Positions 11,477 to 26,800 are shown, counted from the stretch's first letter. The stretch is 64,000 nucleotides of DNA from Pelomyxa schiedti (GCA_020536535.1 JAHLWZ010000193.1:1-64000); one strand, 5' to 3'. Numbers and translations: made by a program. The notes: generated by a model not told the origin, from the sequence alone.

Positions 11477-14400
11477 ATGGTGCTACGTTTTGTGGGCATA
11501 GTAACTGTCGTGTGGTTTTGTGCAGCAGGACCATGGACAGGTGCGCGAGGTCGGGTGATCGTCTCGATGGGTGGGAGTAAGTACTTTGGAGACGACGGAT
11601 CGAAGATGTACTCGTCAGTTACGCGGCCGGGGGCCGTTGGGGAGTGGGAGCAGTACTGGCAACCGGGGCTGGCCTACGGCGGCACCAAGGACGACTCGTC
11701 CTCGTCTTTTTGTATATCGGCGAGGTCGTGTTCGTCTGACAGTTGGTGCGTCTACCCGTGCTCCTGCTTCCCTGACCTCGCGGATTCTTTGGACTGTCCA
11801 TACCGTATGTGGGCTTTTTTTTTTTTTTTTTTCGCCCAGTTTTTGTATTAAGGGACATCTAGCGTATCCAATGGTTAATACTACTGTGTGGAGTCCTATG
11901 TGGCCGGAGGCTATGAGTGGCGAGTATGACAACGTCACGTTTGTTGTGCTTAGGGGAAATCCAGATGCACTAAACTCGACTTATTTTGGGGGAGTGTACA
12001 TTGTCCAAATGACTGCCACTGATCGTACGTTGGGGGTTAATACCAAACGAGTTTTCCCCGATTCTGGTCACAACTGCGATTTATCCACTTTGCTCAGTGT
12101 ACCAATCGTTCAACAGTTCAGTGACTCGACCATTCACTGGGTTGTGGTGTGTCAAGGCATTTTGTATTGGTACGAGATGTCAACAGAGGCTGGATCATCG
12201 TTTTACCCTAATTCAACTGTACCACTGCTGGCTCACCCTACCTCATTGCTTCCGTCCAGATTTCTTACAGAATTTCCTTCAATATTAGCCGTGGGTGCTA
12301 CATGGGTCCAGTGGTTCTCTCCTGAATATAGTTCATACCCATACAATGTCACTGTTACTGAAGGTGAACTTATCTTCGCAGCCTCGCATCTGGGTATCAG
12401 TTTTCTTGATCGTTTTCATTTTTCTCACCTGGGTGTAGATACGGCCAGCGTCATCACATGTTCTTCAAAGGATGGAAAAGTGTTTATCAAACTCCATTTT
12501 TGTGATGGCAAAAACTTTAATTGGGTCTCTCAAACACTCTATTCGTGGGATGAATCAACTGAGGTCTGTGCACTCACTGTGGATGACCTGCAGGAGTCTG
12601 TTCCACTTGACGACATGATAATATGTATGACGTCTAACTGGCTTCATTGGCTGGTGAGAGACGAATCATATGACTGGCAGGTACATTGACACTGACATTG
12701 TTTTAGCCACCTAATTTAATAGGTATACAATGAGAGTTTTCCATCCAGCCACCCGTCCCTTACTATTATTGCCTCGAAGTACTTTGTCCAATATTCTTTT
12801 TTAGCTGAACGTTACTTAGAGATCAGCAGACCTCGACTTACTCCTTGCTTCTTGCTGATAACTACACATTTTCGGAGATTTATCTTGAATTTTCCAGTTG
12901 TACCGACTTCACAGATTCTTCCCACTGTGTATCACAAGGGTGCAGCTGGTGCTTAAATGTCTGCCTCGATGAATGTCCAGACTGTTCAAGTTACAGCGAC
13001 TCAGACAGTTGCCAGCTGTTGTCTCTTCATCCTTTCCTCTAACCTGCTGATGCACTCAATAGGGATCATTGCGTATGGTGTGATCAAACTTTATCATGCC
13101 AGCAATATTGTACTGTATGCAGTGCTTTAGAGGTTGGCACCTGCAGGTGATTACTCTGTCCTCTTTTCTTTCGTTTCTATTTACACTGCTTCCAGTGTTA
13201 GTGGTTGTATGTGGAGCGATGAGTTGTCAACCTGTATGGCCCTTGAGGACTGGTGCTATTCATGTTCAGGAACCAAGTGCGAATATCCTTGTTTGACCTG
13301 CAACTCAGATATTTGCTCTGCAATTCAATGCCAAAACTGTTCAAATATCACTGAAGAAACCCACTGTTTAAAAAAGTAGATCCTATATCACTCTCCTAAT
13401 TGTGACTCTCGTTCCTAAGCGCAAATTTGTGCACCTGGTGCTCTTCTCTTCAACAATGTCAGTCCAATTCAGCTTTCTCCTCCTACGCTTGTGATTGCTC
13501 CCACGATAGTACTTGCAGCTCTTCTGGCTGCTTTTTAAACACTACCGTCAAGCAGTGTTTATCACGATGTCTAAACCACTCTGCCTATAGCAAGGCATCA
13601 TTTTTTTCTACGTACATTCAGTCTGCTCATTACTCTGAAACCACTGATATTGTCTTTGATGATGATGGCAGTATGACCCTCCTCAGATTTATGTTGCTCA
13701 CTTCTTTTGGCAGATTCTTATATCCTTCATAGAGAGGGGGATGCTCCTCTCCTTCTGAAGGTAAACCCAAGTGGAGAGGTGATACAGTCACCTAAAACCT
13801 TCGATAGAACTGGTTATGGCAAGGCCCTTGCACTTGATCCGGCCACAAGATTACTTTACGTAGTTGGTTCTGGCCAGAACGTGCCTCTTCTCACTGAAAA
13901 TGCGCCGCAAGGACTACTACAATCCATTGTGCCGTCCACTGTTGATGCTGCAATCCTCGCCTATGATATTGATGTAATGAATATTGTTTGGAGTGTGAGA
14001 TGGGGAGGACAGAGTTCAACTGAAGAGTTTATGGACATCGTTGTGATTGCAAATAAATACCGGTATCTAAAGACGTTGTAAAAAGAAACGTAACATGAAA
14101 TGGCCACAGAATTCTTGCAGGAAATGTACCATGCGATTTTCAAATTTTGTGGGGCTCATGTGCTAACTCTTGTGGAACCTCAATGAGTGGTCTTATCCTA
14201 ATTTTTGACAATTCAAATGACTGGAACATGCTGCATTGCGAATATACACCCAGTTACCTTCAATTTCGATCGTCTCCCCACTTATCGTATACTTTAGCCA
14301 CCAGTGATACTGTTGCTGTTACTTTAAACTCCCTTTCTGCCAAAGACAACGACGGTTCTCTTTCTGTTGCCGCTCTCGGAACTGTGCAGACTAGTAATGA

Positions 14401-17400
14401 TATTGACTGTCTTGTTCTTCTTATCTCTTCAGCTGACGGATACAACTTTGTGTCTCATTATACAATATTTGGAAGTGATGTATGGGAATATGGCAACCAC
14501 TAATGAGCTCATCATTGGACAGCAAATCGATTCTTGTTCAAAAATATGGGTAGAAAAAGATATTGCCTATATATCAGGTTCTGGATATGCCGGCTTTGCG
14601 GGGATGCAGAATGGCAAATCTGTGTCGAAGTTCCCTGCTACATTTGTGTCCATGGTGAGATGTCATGACCAAGAAAATTCATTAATTCCTGCAGATGAAC
14701 ATGAAATGGTGGGAAAATAGTTCCCTTCCGCAGGCTGGGTTTTTCATTAGTGGTCTCTCTGCAATAAATGATATTGTCGTATGGCAGGACTATCTATACT
14801 TTGTTGGATCAGAGTCTTCTAGAGGCTTGGAGGCTGCCACTGTTGGTAAGACATAAATTATCAACAAACCTCTATTAACACACGTAGGGCGGTTTGCTCT
14901 GGGTGATGATGGCAGGCTATCTTCTGGACTTGTGGATACGAAAGAGAGCTTTTATTCCAGTGGGTCAAGTTCATTTTCTGACCTATGTGTTGGAACCCGG
15001 ATTTACACGGCTGGTTCCACCACAGCATCTGACTTTATCACAACGTCTACCTACCTCTCAGACGGTATTTTTCTTTCTTCGTTCGTGAGACTGATTATTT
15101 GCTAGGTTTCAAATATGCCCTCATTGTTCTTGCAATTTCTACTGAAGGTTTACTCATTATTTCCTAAATACTCTATCTTAATTAGCTAGAGTCAAACTTC
15201 TGTGTTCCAGTCTTTCCGGCATATCCGGAATCAACAACTGAAATCTTCTTATACTATAACGAAAATAGCAGTGAGCCGGTGATTTACTGGTGTGGTGATT
15301 TACGAACTTGGTGAAAAGTCTCAATTTACCAAGGCCCGTTGTCAAATTTGAGTGGAGCGAAGCATATATGGGGAAGCCCTGCAATTCTTGCGTGAACTAT
15401 ACTGTACAAATTTCGAACCACAACGGCATTACAAATGTACAAACGTATCACTAAAATAAATCTAACAACCTTATTCAGATTTCTGCTGGAACAAATCTTA
15501 CTACTACATATACCTTCCCACTAGAAGAAACTTCATACTGGAGTTGGCATGTAAAGGCTTGTGACAGCTCTACTTGCACTTCATCACTTGAGTCCTCCGT
15601 TTCACTAACTATTGGTGAGTTGTGAAGATATTTGATCTCTTTCTTCTTGGGAGCTTACTTTATTAGAACCACATAAATGGAGTACCGACTTAGCTGATGA
15701 AGGTTGGGCCTCATCTTGGAGTGGTGGCCAAATATCCTTTCCCTCTAATGATGGCACTGACACTACTTTTCTTCGCTTTACTGCAACTGAAGAAACGGAC
15801 TCGTTTGAAATAAATTTTTCCACAGACCACTATCTTCTTGATGTTGGCACTACATGGTAGGTCCAATTAAGTGAAAAAACTTGCAGTTTACATTTCTTAG
15901 GATTTCTCTAAAGATAAGAGCCCTGAATTGTAACAACTTTAAGGTGCTTCTTAACTCATATTCTTCCCATACCAACTTTAGAGTAGGAGGGACCAATTCT
16001 ATTTTTACGTGATTACAACAATAACTATACTCTGTGGAATGCTTCAAGCTCCTTCATCCCACTGGGTGGAGAATGGTTATTCTCTATAAGAAACCAAAAT
16101 ATTTACTTTTCATTAGGTACACTATCTGCTTTCCAATGGATAGAAGTGTAATTACCGTATTCAATTGGGAAATGGATTCCTCAGATGAGTATCAGTCTGC
16201 ATGGACAGTGAAACTTACTCTCTCTGGGTTTCTGAATGATACTGAGGGAGATTTTATGGTGGAGATTGACGACTTCTTCCCGGTTGCCCACTGCGTTCCA
16301 TGTATACAAAATTGGTACTTGTAAAGACAGAGTACCTGAACTCTTCCAGATCTTGGAAATTCTTCTGAGGACAGTGAAGAGGGGCTTTCAAAAAACTCCT
16401 CAGAAGGTATTGACTGGAAAATGCTTGTGGAGATATGTGTACCAGTTGGTGGTGTCACTGCAATTATCATCGTTGTAGGCAGTGTGACAATAACAGCACT
16501 TGCATGTCGACGATTCAACAAGTAGCAACTAGATTTTTACCTTAGTGTAACTCTTGCTAGAAATAAAGAGAATTCAAAGAAACCTGAGCAGGTATGGACA
16601 ACCGGTGTCGAGCTTAATCCTATTGATACCTTCAATGATACTAACTCGATGTGAGTGTACAGTTTCCTTCACTTTCACTTATTTTTGTCAGTTTGGTGGA
16701 ACACTCTGCCTTCCCAATTTCGTTCGACGATTTTACATTAGCCTTCCAATATTCTACAAGACAAGCTCCAGTAGGAGAAAGCATCAAGCAGGATTTAACG
16801 TTGACAAATAACTCCGATTCTAAGTTCACCATTAAGTTCTTCCCACCAGAGAGGTAGTCACTCATTCTTTGCCAAACCTCAAATACTCTGCAGTGCCAAA
16901 GTGTCCTTTAACTTTGACCCTGTTACAGTGCTTCTCAAACCAGTACGTAAATGTGTCTTGGTTTCTTGCTTATCGTCACCCAAGGGAGAAGAAATGGTTG
17001 TTACTGCTACTGCCTTGATAACTTGCACAACAAGGCTAGATATGTATCTAATTGCTGCTGTATCACCACATAGTACTTGGAAGGATCCAATAAAGCACAC
17101 AAAAATACCTGTTGTATTGGAATCCAAGCTGTCAGCCAAGCTAGGTACTATAGCCTGCTGGAGTTATCTCCTAACAGAATCAAAGATCCAGATGAATTCG
17201 TTGTTTTCACCCCGGCAATTGGAGAAGGTAGCTTTGGTTCTGTATACAAAGGAGAGTGGAGAGGTCAGCAGGTTTGTTTCCGCCACATTCAACTCAAGAC
17301 CAACCTGTACAATAAGGTAGCAATCAAGGTTCTCAAAAATCAGTCATTTAATGATGCATCGGTGAAAGCAGAATTCGAGCACGAGGTGGGAGTCATGGAG

Positions 17401-18763
17401 TCTTTCCGTTCACCCTATATTGTTCACTTTGTAGGCATGGTGTCCTTTTACCATCATTTTCTTTGACATGATGGGTAGGGGCTTGTCACATACCTGGGAA
17501 ATTAGCTATTTTAACGGTTTTCATTCATGCTTAGCCTGTAACTAAGCAGAGATAGGAATTTATTGCAAATGGAAGTTTGCGATCCTGCTACCTCAAGAAT
17601 ACATTATCTCTCCCCTTTAAGGTAAAGTGCCTTTTAGATGTTGCCAGAGGTATCCATTACAACCAAGACATGCATTCCACTTATGTACCCCAGGAATGGA
17701 TTACCTTCATCGATCTGCAATTTTACACAGGCACTTTACCTTAAGGGGTTTTTTTCGATCTCCCTTATTTTACTTAGAGACCTGAAACCTGATAATGTAT
17801 TGATGTCCGCTGTAGATTTAACCTCTCCCGTGGCTTGTAAATTGGTTTGCCCTCAGGAGACGTGTACATCAATTTCATAACTGGCCAACAGATCGACTTT
17901 GGCACCACTCGAGATATTAACGTGTCACAAGCAACACAATTCTACACAAGAGGAGTCGGCACTCCCGTTTGTATGCTTTCGTATTCTATTATTACACTGG
18001 TTTACTTGTTTTGTTCAAGATATGGCCCCTGAAATTCTGGATAATGGGAAATACAGCCAAAGTGCTGATGTATTTAGGTAGCCAAAAAACCTCTGTTACC
18101 TGGTAACTGTACGTCACCCCAATTAGTTTTGCAGTTACATTTTGGTCACTTCTCACTGGATTGGATCCCTATGTGGAATCCCGGTTTTCCACAAGCTGGA
18201 AAATCGCGGATTTCATCATTAAAGGAAACGTAGGCCCACAATACTCTCCCATAACCTCACTCTGACACGATTTGCAGAGGCTGGCCATCCCTGCTGACGC
18301 CCCAGCTGATCTTTCTGCACTCCTCTCCAAGTGTTGGGCAGTGGAACCACACGAGAGGCCCAAGTTCTCAGCAATTGTTGTGCAATTGGAGACCAAGTGG
18401 GTGGACTTGATGCAAGACAAGCGGCTCAGGAAGCAAAATCCATTAACCCGCAAGAAAGTAGAACAACCACAGCTTGCCCCTGTTCCGGATACAGAACCTG
18501 CCCCTCTCCCAGAAGAGGGTGGGGTGGCCATGGAGAACCTGATTAAGAAGAATCCGAATGATGGGAATGACACACCTCAAAACAATCACCAAGATGGAAG
18601 AAGCACTCCTGATGTTGACCTTGGGAATCCCCCTGAACCTAAGAAGCCAGGGAAAAAACACACCCATCATCACCATCGGAGACACCACAGGCACAAGGTT
18701 GCTGATTCTGATTCCAGTTCTGGCTCTGCTGGCAATAGCAGTGATGACGATTATGATAAATAA
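11477..18763 (+). CDS. Receptor-like transmembrane TKL protein kinase (signal peptide, Cys-rich PSI-like repeats, beta-rich ectodomain, TM, juxtamembrane Ig/MSP-like domain, kinase)
   Basis: Hydrophobic N-terminus; CxWC repeats at about 12890-13570; TM ICVPVGGVTAIIIVVGSVTITALAC at about 16430-16510; GEGSFG, VAIK, HRDLKPDN, DFG, GTPV-YMAPE, CWAVEPHERP; many introns. Confidence 0.88.
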
Positions 18764-18855
18764 ACACAACCATTTTTCTGTTGTTCTTGCTTTTTTCAGT
18801 TGATTACAAAAAAGGCCAAAAAAGTTTAATTTAGTAATTTGACTTTCTATTTGTT

Positions 18856-20527
18856 TCAAACGTTGATGGTGTAGAGCCATACAACACCAGAAGAATAGGC
18901 GGCAACAAATACTTCATCATTGCCGTCACCATTGATGTCATACACGTCAATTCCAGCAACTGTTCCAGACAGTTCAGCGACTGTATTGGTTGTGTAGGCC
19001 CAGTTTGTTGGGTCATTGCTATTGGCAGATAGAATGTATAGGTTCCCACCATCATCACCAGGGAGTGCAATAAGAGGTTTATTGGATCCGTTCTGTACAA
19101 CACCTGTATGCATCCGCGTGATTATTCAATCATATTATTAAACACTTCTAGGAGTAGATACATACGTGCTGGACCTGGTGCCATTCGGCCTGGAATAAGG
19201 CTTCCATCATCAAACCCGGAGGCAATTTTGTGCCTGGTCCACTCGGCGGTGCGAAATCTATTGCGGGTAAGGATTGGAGCGTGATGGCGGGCTAGAGTAC
19301 TCGTCAGGAATTTCGTAAATGAACACATTGCCTCCCGGTTTATTTTCCTCCGAGTCAGACATTAATAAATCGAGTCTACCGTCATTATTCATCTGGAGTA
19401 CGATAAGAAGACATTGTGGGAGAAGCACTACGTCATAGAGAGCCATGTCAAATGGACAAATTCCAGTATCGATAGTGCGGCTATGTACCTAATTTGATTC
19501 AATCTCTTTTTCTCGTTTTTCATGCTATTATTATACAGGAAAAATATCAACTCACTGCTGAACTGTTTAAATACTGCCCGTTGTCTGCCCAGTATATCTT
19601 GAGAATTTTGCCAAAGAATACACCGGCAATAATCTTTCCATATTATTCTCTTTTAAGAAGTAGCGTGGGATTTACTTCCAGAAAGCCGTCATTATCGAGG
19701 TCATACAAGCGGAAAAATGTATCGCATGACTCCATCCCACTATCTAGGATATGTTCAACCCATTTCTTGGTTCTCGTGGTAAGTGTATTTGTATTTCTCC
19801 AGGTTACATACAGTGCCATCATTCACCAGGTATACCATCGCCGCATCGGTGCCAAGCAAAGTGCTTTGCTTTGCACGGCACGTCAGAATTCCCTTCTCCC
19901 TAGGACAGATTAAATCATACTGGAAGGCAGGAAGAATACCCATCAGAAACCAAGTCAATAGGCTCTGCACGGTGATAGAAGAAGTCTGTCTTTTCTTTTG
20001 TCATCTCAGTTATACTTGCCGCAGTCGTGCCAGTGTTGTTGACCCACCATACACCTCCAGTCATCATACCAGGTACAAGGAAACCATTGGGTACAAATAT
20101 CCCTGGTGTTGGGAAAATATCTTCAGCATCACTGACTTCATTGGGCCAAGGAATGGACTAGGGAGGAAATTAGAGGGAAACAATCAATTTTTGTGGATTA
20201 CATCAGTATTTGCCAAAAGTTGTGGGACACTTGAACCAAAGTTGTTCATGTCCACGTTTCTCACTGTGAACACACCATTTTCATCCCCAGAAGTGAACTG
20301 TCTACACCCCGAATTAAAAAAAAAAGTTGTCAAGAACGCCCACTTAATATCAGAAGAGGGAGATACGTGATGAACAAATCATAAGAAGAAGAGTCCACAC
20401 TGGGCAGAATGGTGAGGAAACCAGCATCAGGCATGGCGAACGAGCCAAGCGTTGTACTACTCCATCCCCAACAAACTGGCAATAACAGCAATGAAACTAC
20501 AACAACTGCAAGGGAAAGGGAGCCCAT
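18856..20527 (-). CDS. Secreted FG-GAP/VCBS repeat (beta-propeller) protein
   Basis: Signal peptide MGSLSLAVVVVSLLLLPVCWG; Ca-binding-type repeats MNNDGRLDLLMS and DINGDGNDEVFVAAY; multi-exon. Confidence 0.8.
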
Positions 20528-20875
20528 TTGCTGCTGGGTTCGAAAATGAACTTTTTTCGAAAAGTGCCGGTGCGGGGAAAGAGGTCAACAAGAAGAGGAA
20601 GAGCAGATTTTTCTGATTCGCAGGGAGCCCCAAGGGAAATTCTGGGGTTGTTCGTAGGGTCGTTATGCACCATTGGCGGAAAAAGGGAAACGTGCGTTCC
20701 CGGAACTCGGAAATCCACTGTCTAGAGTCTTTGGAACTGCTCTCTCCAGAGCCGGACCAGATGAGGTTCGTGGGTGTGTTCTGAATGGCGCAGAAGAGTG
20801 TCGGTCAGTGCAGCTAAGTCTGCTGAGCCCAAGTTTTCCTTGATTGTTCTTGGAAACAATTGTTTGTAACCGTTG

Positions 20876-23800
20876 ATGGCGGCTCGGTCTGGTGTTGTAC
20901 CCCCAGCGGCGTCGTCAGCCAAGCACGACGGCAGATCTCTTAAGGACAAATTGGTCGCGTTGTCGCACGCCCAGGTGGCAGAAGCCGTTTCAGATGCACT
21001 GGAGACAGTCCCACCCTCCCATGAGCTATTCCCGGGGCTTCCAATAGTAGAGGTGCCCGAGGTCGTAGTCTCGCCCGCCGAGCCCGACGCGACCAAGCTT
21101 GCGGAGAGGAGCGCCGCCAAGTTGAATCTGTCAAAGATTGTTGTCAGTGCTGATCCAGATCCAAATTTGGTGTCGGACGATTTTGGAGACAGAAGCGTGG
21201 CGAGCGGTTGTTGGGCCCACAGGGTTGCCAAGGTAATTTCATTTCGGCACCCAATGGGGATGTCTCTTTAATTATGGTTGTCAAGTGTCACTTTTGTTTT
21301 AGTTTCCAATGATGTTGGCTCTGTGTGGTCTTGCTTTTCTCGTTGGCATTGCTGGTGGTTTTAAATTTTATTTGATGGCTCACCTGTAGCGTTATTTCTT
21401 TTTTTTTTTTTAGATGTATGAGGCAGATTCGGAGGATCTTCCACCATTCCCAGCAGCTTTTTTTGTGATACGTAGAGATGTGTTATCTCGGTCTTATGTA
21501 AAGCGATCATCCTTGATTGTATTAGAGCTACATGTTGGGGGTTAGGTCCAATAAATTTCTTCTCTCTGCTTTTCACAACAACTCGATACACCGGGAAAGT
21601 AAAACTTAAGCAACACACAGTTGAGAAGCAAGATTGCTCCTATCATTTCCGCACGTCAGTGACTTCTGGCACAATTGAAAAGATCGATAAAGGCACTGCT
21701 AGGCATATATATTATCCTGCTCGAACCATACAAGATGCCAAAGCAATTTATGGTTCTCTTCTCAGAGAAAAGGTAAAGTTAGAAAACTGTTTAATTTTTA
21801 TTGTGTTTGCAGACTTCAAAAAGCAACAAATATAAGAAAATAATGTTGGCTCTCTCTAACGTGGGGACTATCACAGGTTTCCATTTCACTGGTCCCTTTT
21901 CCCTTAAAATCTTTCCTAGGTAGTATTTCAACACTCCCAGTAGCTGTCCGTGACTTGCTTGTTCTCTTATACAACGAATCCGTTTTGCAACTTTGTCAAA
22001 AGGAAATCCAACTTTCAAAGCTGTCTGCACCACAAATAGACAAGGCTCTTGTGTGCCTTAGCAAATTGCAACAGGTTACCCTTCTTTCTTGGCTGTACAC
22101 AAACCCTTGTCCCTATTAAGGCAATTTCCTTGCATGAACCACTTGATGAAGCCACAGCCCAGCAGTTATCAACAGAATTTTATTCTAACTTACCTCTTCC
22201 CAACCACAAACAAGTGGTAAGAATTCTCCAGTCGGAAACTTTGTAATTTTTTTTCAAGGTCATAACCTCAAGTGATAGCCTTCTTATGTGGTTAGATACA
22301 CTTCAAACAATTCGGGATTTTTCCAACTTCGGTGAAAGTTCTTTTGACTTCACTGGGCGATTGAACGATGTTGATATGTTGTATCCTTTTTAATATGGAC
22401 AATTTATAAGACACCCAAGTACCTTAACCCCCAAGATACTACTCTCTCGACTGTAAACTCGAGCCTCTTCAATTTGATTCCTCTGAGTACATTTCTATCT
22501 GTGAAATGGTTTCCAGACATGCACCCTTGAATATTGGAAACATATTCCATGTATCAAGGCACATGGATCTCAGCTCCTTCTCGTCAGAAATGGGAAATGA
22601 AATGCTCCTCTTTCATGGATCGAAAATAGGCAATTGGTTGGGAATCCTTTCTCGAGGGTTGCTCCTCCCACAGATAGTAACTTCAGAGTATGGAGTAAAG
22701 CGTACAAATGCTGGGAATATGGGAGCAGGGCTTTATTTTTCCGACAGTCCACTGGTATCACTTAAGTATACCACTCCTTCTGCCTCCGGCTCCAGGTTAT
22801 TGCGGTATTCTCTGGAGGTCTCTAATTCAATGCTTAGGTATTTACTCATCTGCCGAGTGGCCCTTGGAAAAGTTCACATTTTGACGAACTACAATTTATC
22901 TCTGGTTGCTCCCCCACATGGGTTCAACAGTTGTCATGGCGTCAAGAGCACTTATAATTTAACAAGTGATTTTGACGATGATGAGTATGAGCAATCAACT
23001 TACATTAGGGGCTGTTCCCTTTTCATGTAATTCTCAGATATGCTATCTACACACCTGCTCAGCAATACATCCAGTATCTAGTTGAAATAAAGGGATACCA
23101 ACCGACAATGTTAGCTTCATCGACGAAGTCTATGATTTCTCAAGCTCTTGCTGGTATGCGGGAACGGCAGCCTGTATATTGTGCAGACATTCCGGGGCCA
23201 CTTCTTGATGTTGAACCTGTAAGTCATTTTGCACTCTCTTTCATTAAATCTCCAAGGTAACCGAAAAAGCGGGCCTTATCTCAACAAGTGGAGAGCCCTT
23301 GCCACTTGAAAGTGTTAGCCTTCACGCTAAATTGATAGGTTCTTCCATAGAGTCAATTTCCATAACAAACAAGCCTTTTAGACTTGGTTGGCCAGGTCGT
23401 CATACTTCAAGAATATCATAATTCAGGAGACTCCGCCATCCAGGCCAAATATGTCTTTCCTTTGGATGAAAAATCTGCCGTTGTTGGCTTCGAGTGTTTC
23501 ATTAATCGTATTCTTCGTCTTCATTTGTTTTCGCTTTAAACCGTTGCAGACAAACATATAGTGGGTGTGGTGAAAGAGAAAGAGCAGGCGCATAAGGAGT
23601 ATAAGGAAGCCATCGCACGTGGTGATGGTGCATACCTACTAGATGAGGCCAAATCAAATGTCTTTACTGTTTCTGTGGGAAATCTACCACCCCATACCAA
23701 AGTGGTTATCAAGATAACATGTTCGCAGGTTTCTTTTCGATAATCATTAACTATTTCTAGATATCACTGAACTTGGTCTTGAAGGTGATGCTAGAAAGTG

Positions 23801-26800
23801 GATTTGTCCAGTTAACCTTGTATCACAGCAAAAACAAGGCGCACTGGCTCAGGTCACACAGGCCTCAACCAAGTCAGTTCATGTTGCACAACATGAGGTA
23901 CTGTCATATGCTTTACGTTTCCTTATCCTATCAGGGAGCGTTTACCATGGAAGTCTCAATAGCGATGCCTCATGTGATTCATGCAATTGAAAGTCCATCA
24001 CATTCGATTCGCTATAAGCAGGCATCCAAGAAGGCAACATTATTCCTATTGGATCATGGTATGATGATTCTGGGTGCTAAAAAAGTGCATAAGAAAAAAA
24101 CCCAGAGGCTCTCAGTAGCGACTTCATTCTTGTAATTCGTCTATGTGATAGCCACACACCATTTATGTGGGTTGAAAAACATCCTTTGTGTATCAATACT
24201 CCTGATAATGAATTGCACGTTGCAATGGTGGCTTTGTATCCCTCTTTGAGTTCTCCGGAGGCACATTCACAATGTTTCCCCTTTGTTTTGTTTTGTGTTA
24301 ATATTCCCAGATACACTTATTATTGATCAATCTGCTAGCATGGCCTCAGCACAATTACAGTGCAAGCAAGTGGCACTGCAATTGCGTACCCTTCATCCCC
24401 CTAGAATTACCGTAATTCTTTGTAGTAAACGGGATACCACCTCTGGCGAACTTCAACCTTGTTATATTTGGCTCTTTCTTTGAAACTCTCTTTCTTTCAT
24501 CAACTCAAAAAACACGACAAACTGAAGAGATTGCTGTGACTACTATTAAAAGCATGGCTGCTGATTGGGGTTCAAGTGTTTTGTGGCCTACTTTAAAATC
24601 AGTTCTTCTTGAAATTGAGTGTAGAGCACATACCTCTGACAAAACGGAAGATACAAATATTTTCATTCTCACAGATGGGGATTTTTCTCACGATTCCCAA
24701 GTTATGAATGTATGTATGGTGCTCCCTAGGCCCACACAATCCTCAACCAATTTATTTTTTCTCTGCTCCAGCTTCTTCGTGATCACTGCCAAATTAAGAA
24801 GCATTCAACTCGCATTTTCTCATTTGGGATTGGGAATACTGTTCACAGACATAACGTCTTGAGTCTGGCCCGAATTGGAGGTGGTGAATGTGAATTTGTT
24901 TCCTCCACAAATCCTTTACGGCGACAGGTGACTGCGTCAAGTCTGGGGTAGAAATTTAACTATTTCTTAGGTGTATAGGCAATTGGAGAGGGCTAGACAA
25001 CCATGTCTGAAAGATATCAATGTTAGGTGGGGGGCCACTGCAAGTTCCAGTACCGTTCAACAGGCACCGTCTCAGATAATGACCCTATTCAATGGAGAGC
25101 GCACAATAATATATGCATTTATTCCTTCGGACTGCCAACAAGTTGTGACATTGATGTACTTGAATTGCTAAACTTTCTCAGGTCACACTTCATGCCACAG
25201 TAAACAATACCAACGAAGAGTACCATGCAACAGTCTTCTCTAATGTTGCTGAAATGGTGGAAGGGCTTACCCTCCATAGACTTTGTGCTCGGGCAATAGT
25301 CCGGTATGTTTTCTTGAAATATGTTATATTTCACCTTCTTACTAGAGATTGGGAAGAAATGTGTTTAGGGGAGGATCCGGTATCAAGTGAAGTGGCTCGA
25401 GCAAACGTGTGCATTCCTTTTCTATATGCAGGCATTGATATCCTGTAGCAAAAAGGGGAGATTATCCAACTTGGAATTCGTTACTCCCTTGCAACAACCC
25501 TGACCTCTTTTATTGCCGTTGAGGTAAGGATTTTTCCTTCTGCTCGATTTTCATTTTTTCTACAGGAAAGAACTGAGGCAGAAAAGAAGGGGTAACATTT
25601 TGGGGAACAAAAACACTTTTAATCGATTTTAAGAGATGTTAAGTTAAAGCCAACTCCTCCAATAAACGATTTGGCTGTGCAAGAAAAAGTCGATGAGCTT
25701 CCATTTTGTACCAACTGGAAAGAAGTTGTGTTACCTTCCCCCGGCACATTGGCAGTTAACACACGGACACCATACCCAGCAACAAAGCATTCAACTGTCT
25801 ACGACTACTGGGTATACAGCCCCCCAAGTGACAACGTTCCTCCATTACAAACAGAAAATCCAAGTGTGTTCATTCTTTATTGCAATTTTCTTATTGATTC
25901 CCCACAAGATTGGGAACTTACAAATAAGCCCAAAGGTTACCTTTCCCACTATTATTCCATGGCCTAAACAAACCCTACAAGATGATTGGAATGCCTTTCC
26001 GAAGAGAAATGAAAGAGCATTTCCAGCTTCTGGAAGGCGTGCCCGTAGAGGATATTTTGGAGGTGGGGACATCGGTGGAGGTGGAGGTGGAGCTGGTGGC
26101 GAGATAGCTTCGAGATTCCCACCACTTGCCTTAGGAGATTTATGTGGTAGCTCAGATGTTATGATGGACGGGATTTGTGATATCAATGAGGAGGAAGAAT
26201 GTCTTGAAGAAAATGATGACGATTATGGGGAAGAACCTATGGATGGTGATAATGTGGCGTTTTCCAAAGATGCACCTCCATGTGACATACCTCTAGCCAG
26301 CTCAGCCGCTCAGCCAGCTTCCACGGAGACAAAACCGAATCTCGGAACAACGCCACCTTCGAACAGTGCCTTGCGTTCGCTTTCTCCACAGCTCCGTACT
26401 GGGAAGGATGCCCTCGACCTTCTCGATTGCCAAGGGGCTATTATTCGGCAACAAGATGAATGCCTTGACAGAATTGAAACCAACATTTCCCAAACCAGAT
26501 TCCTTGCAGCATCCATGAACAGAGAATTGGGCGAACACACTAGATTGCTGTCAGGAAGCTATGAGCTGCAAAGGGCTGAAAGGATGCAATCCGCTGGCTG
26601 CTGCTTTATTGCCACCGCAGCCTATGGCACAGACATGGACCCCCGGATAGATACGCTGCGCCGTTTCCGTGACACAACACTTCACAAACACTCACTCGGA
26701 CGAGCGTTCACGCGTTTCTACTATGCGACATCACCCCCTTTTGCCAAGTGGCTCACCCAACACCCCTGGGCCAGGCTCACAGTTCGCATTCTACTTCTTC

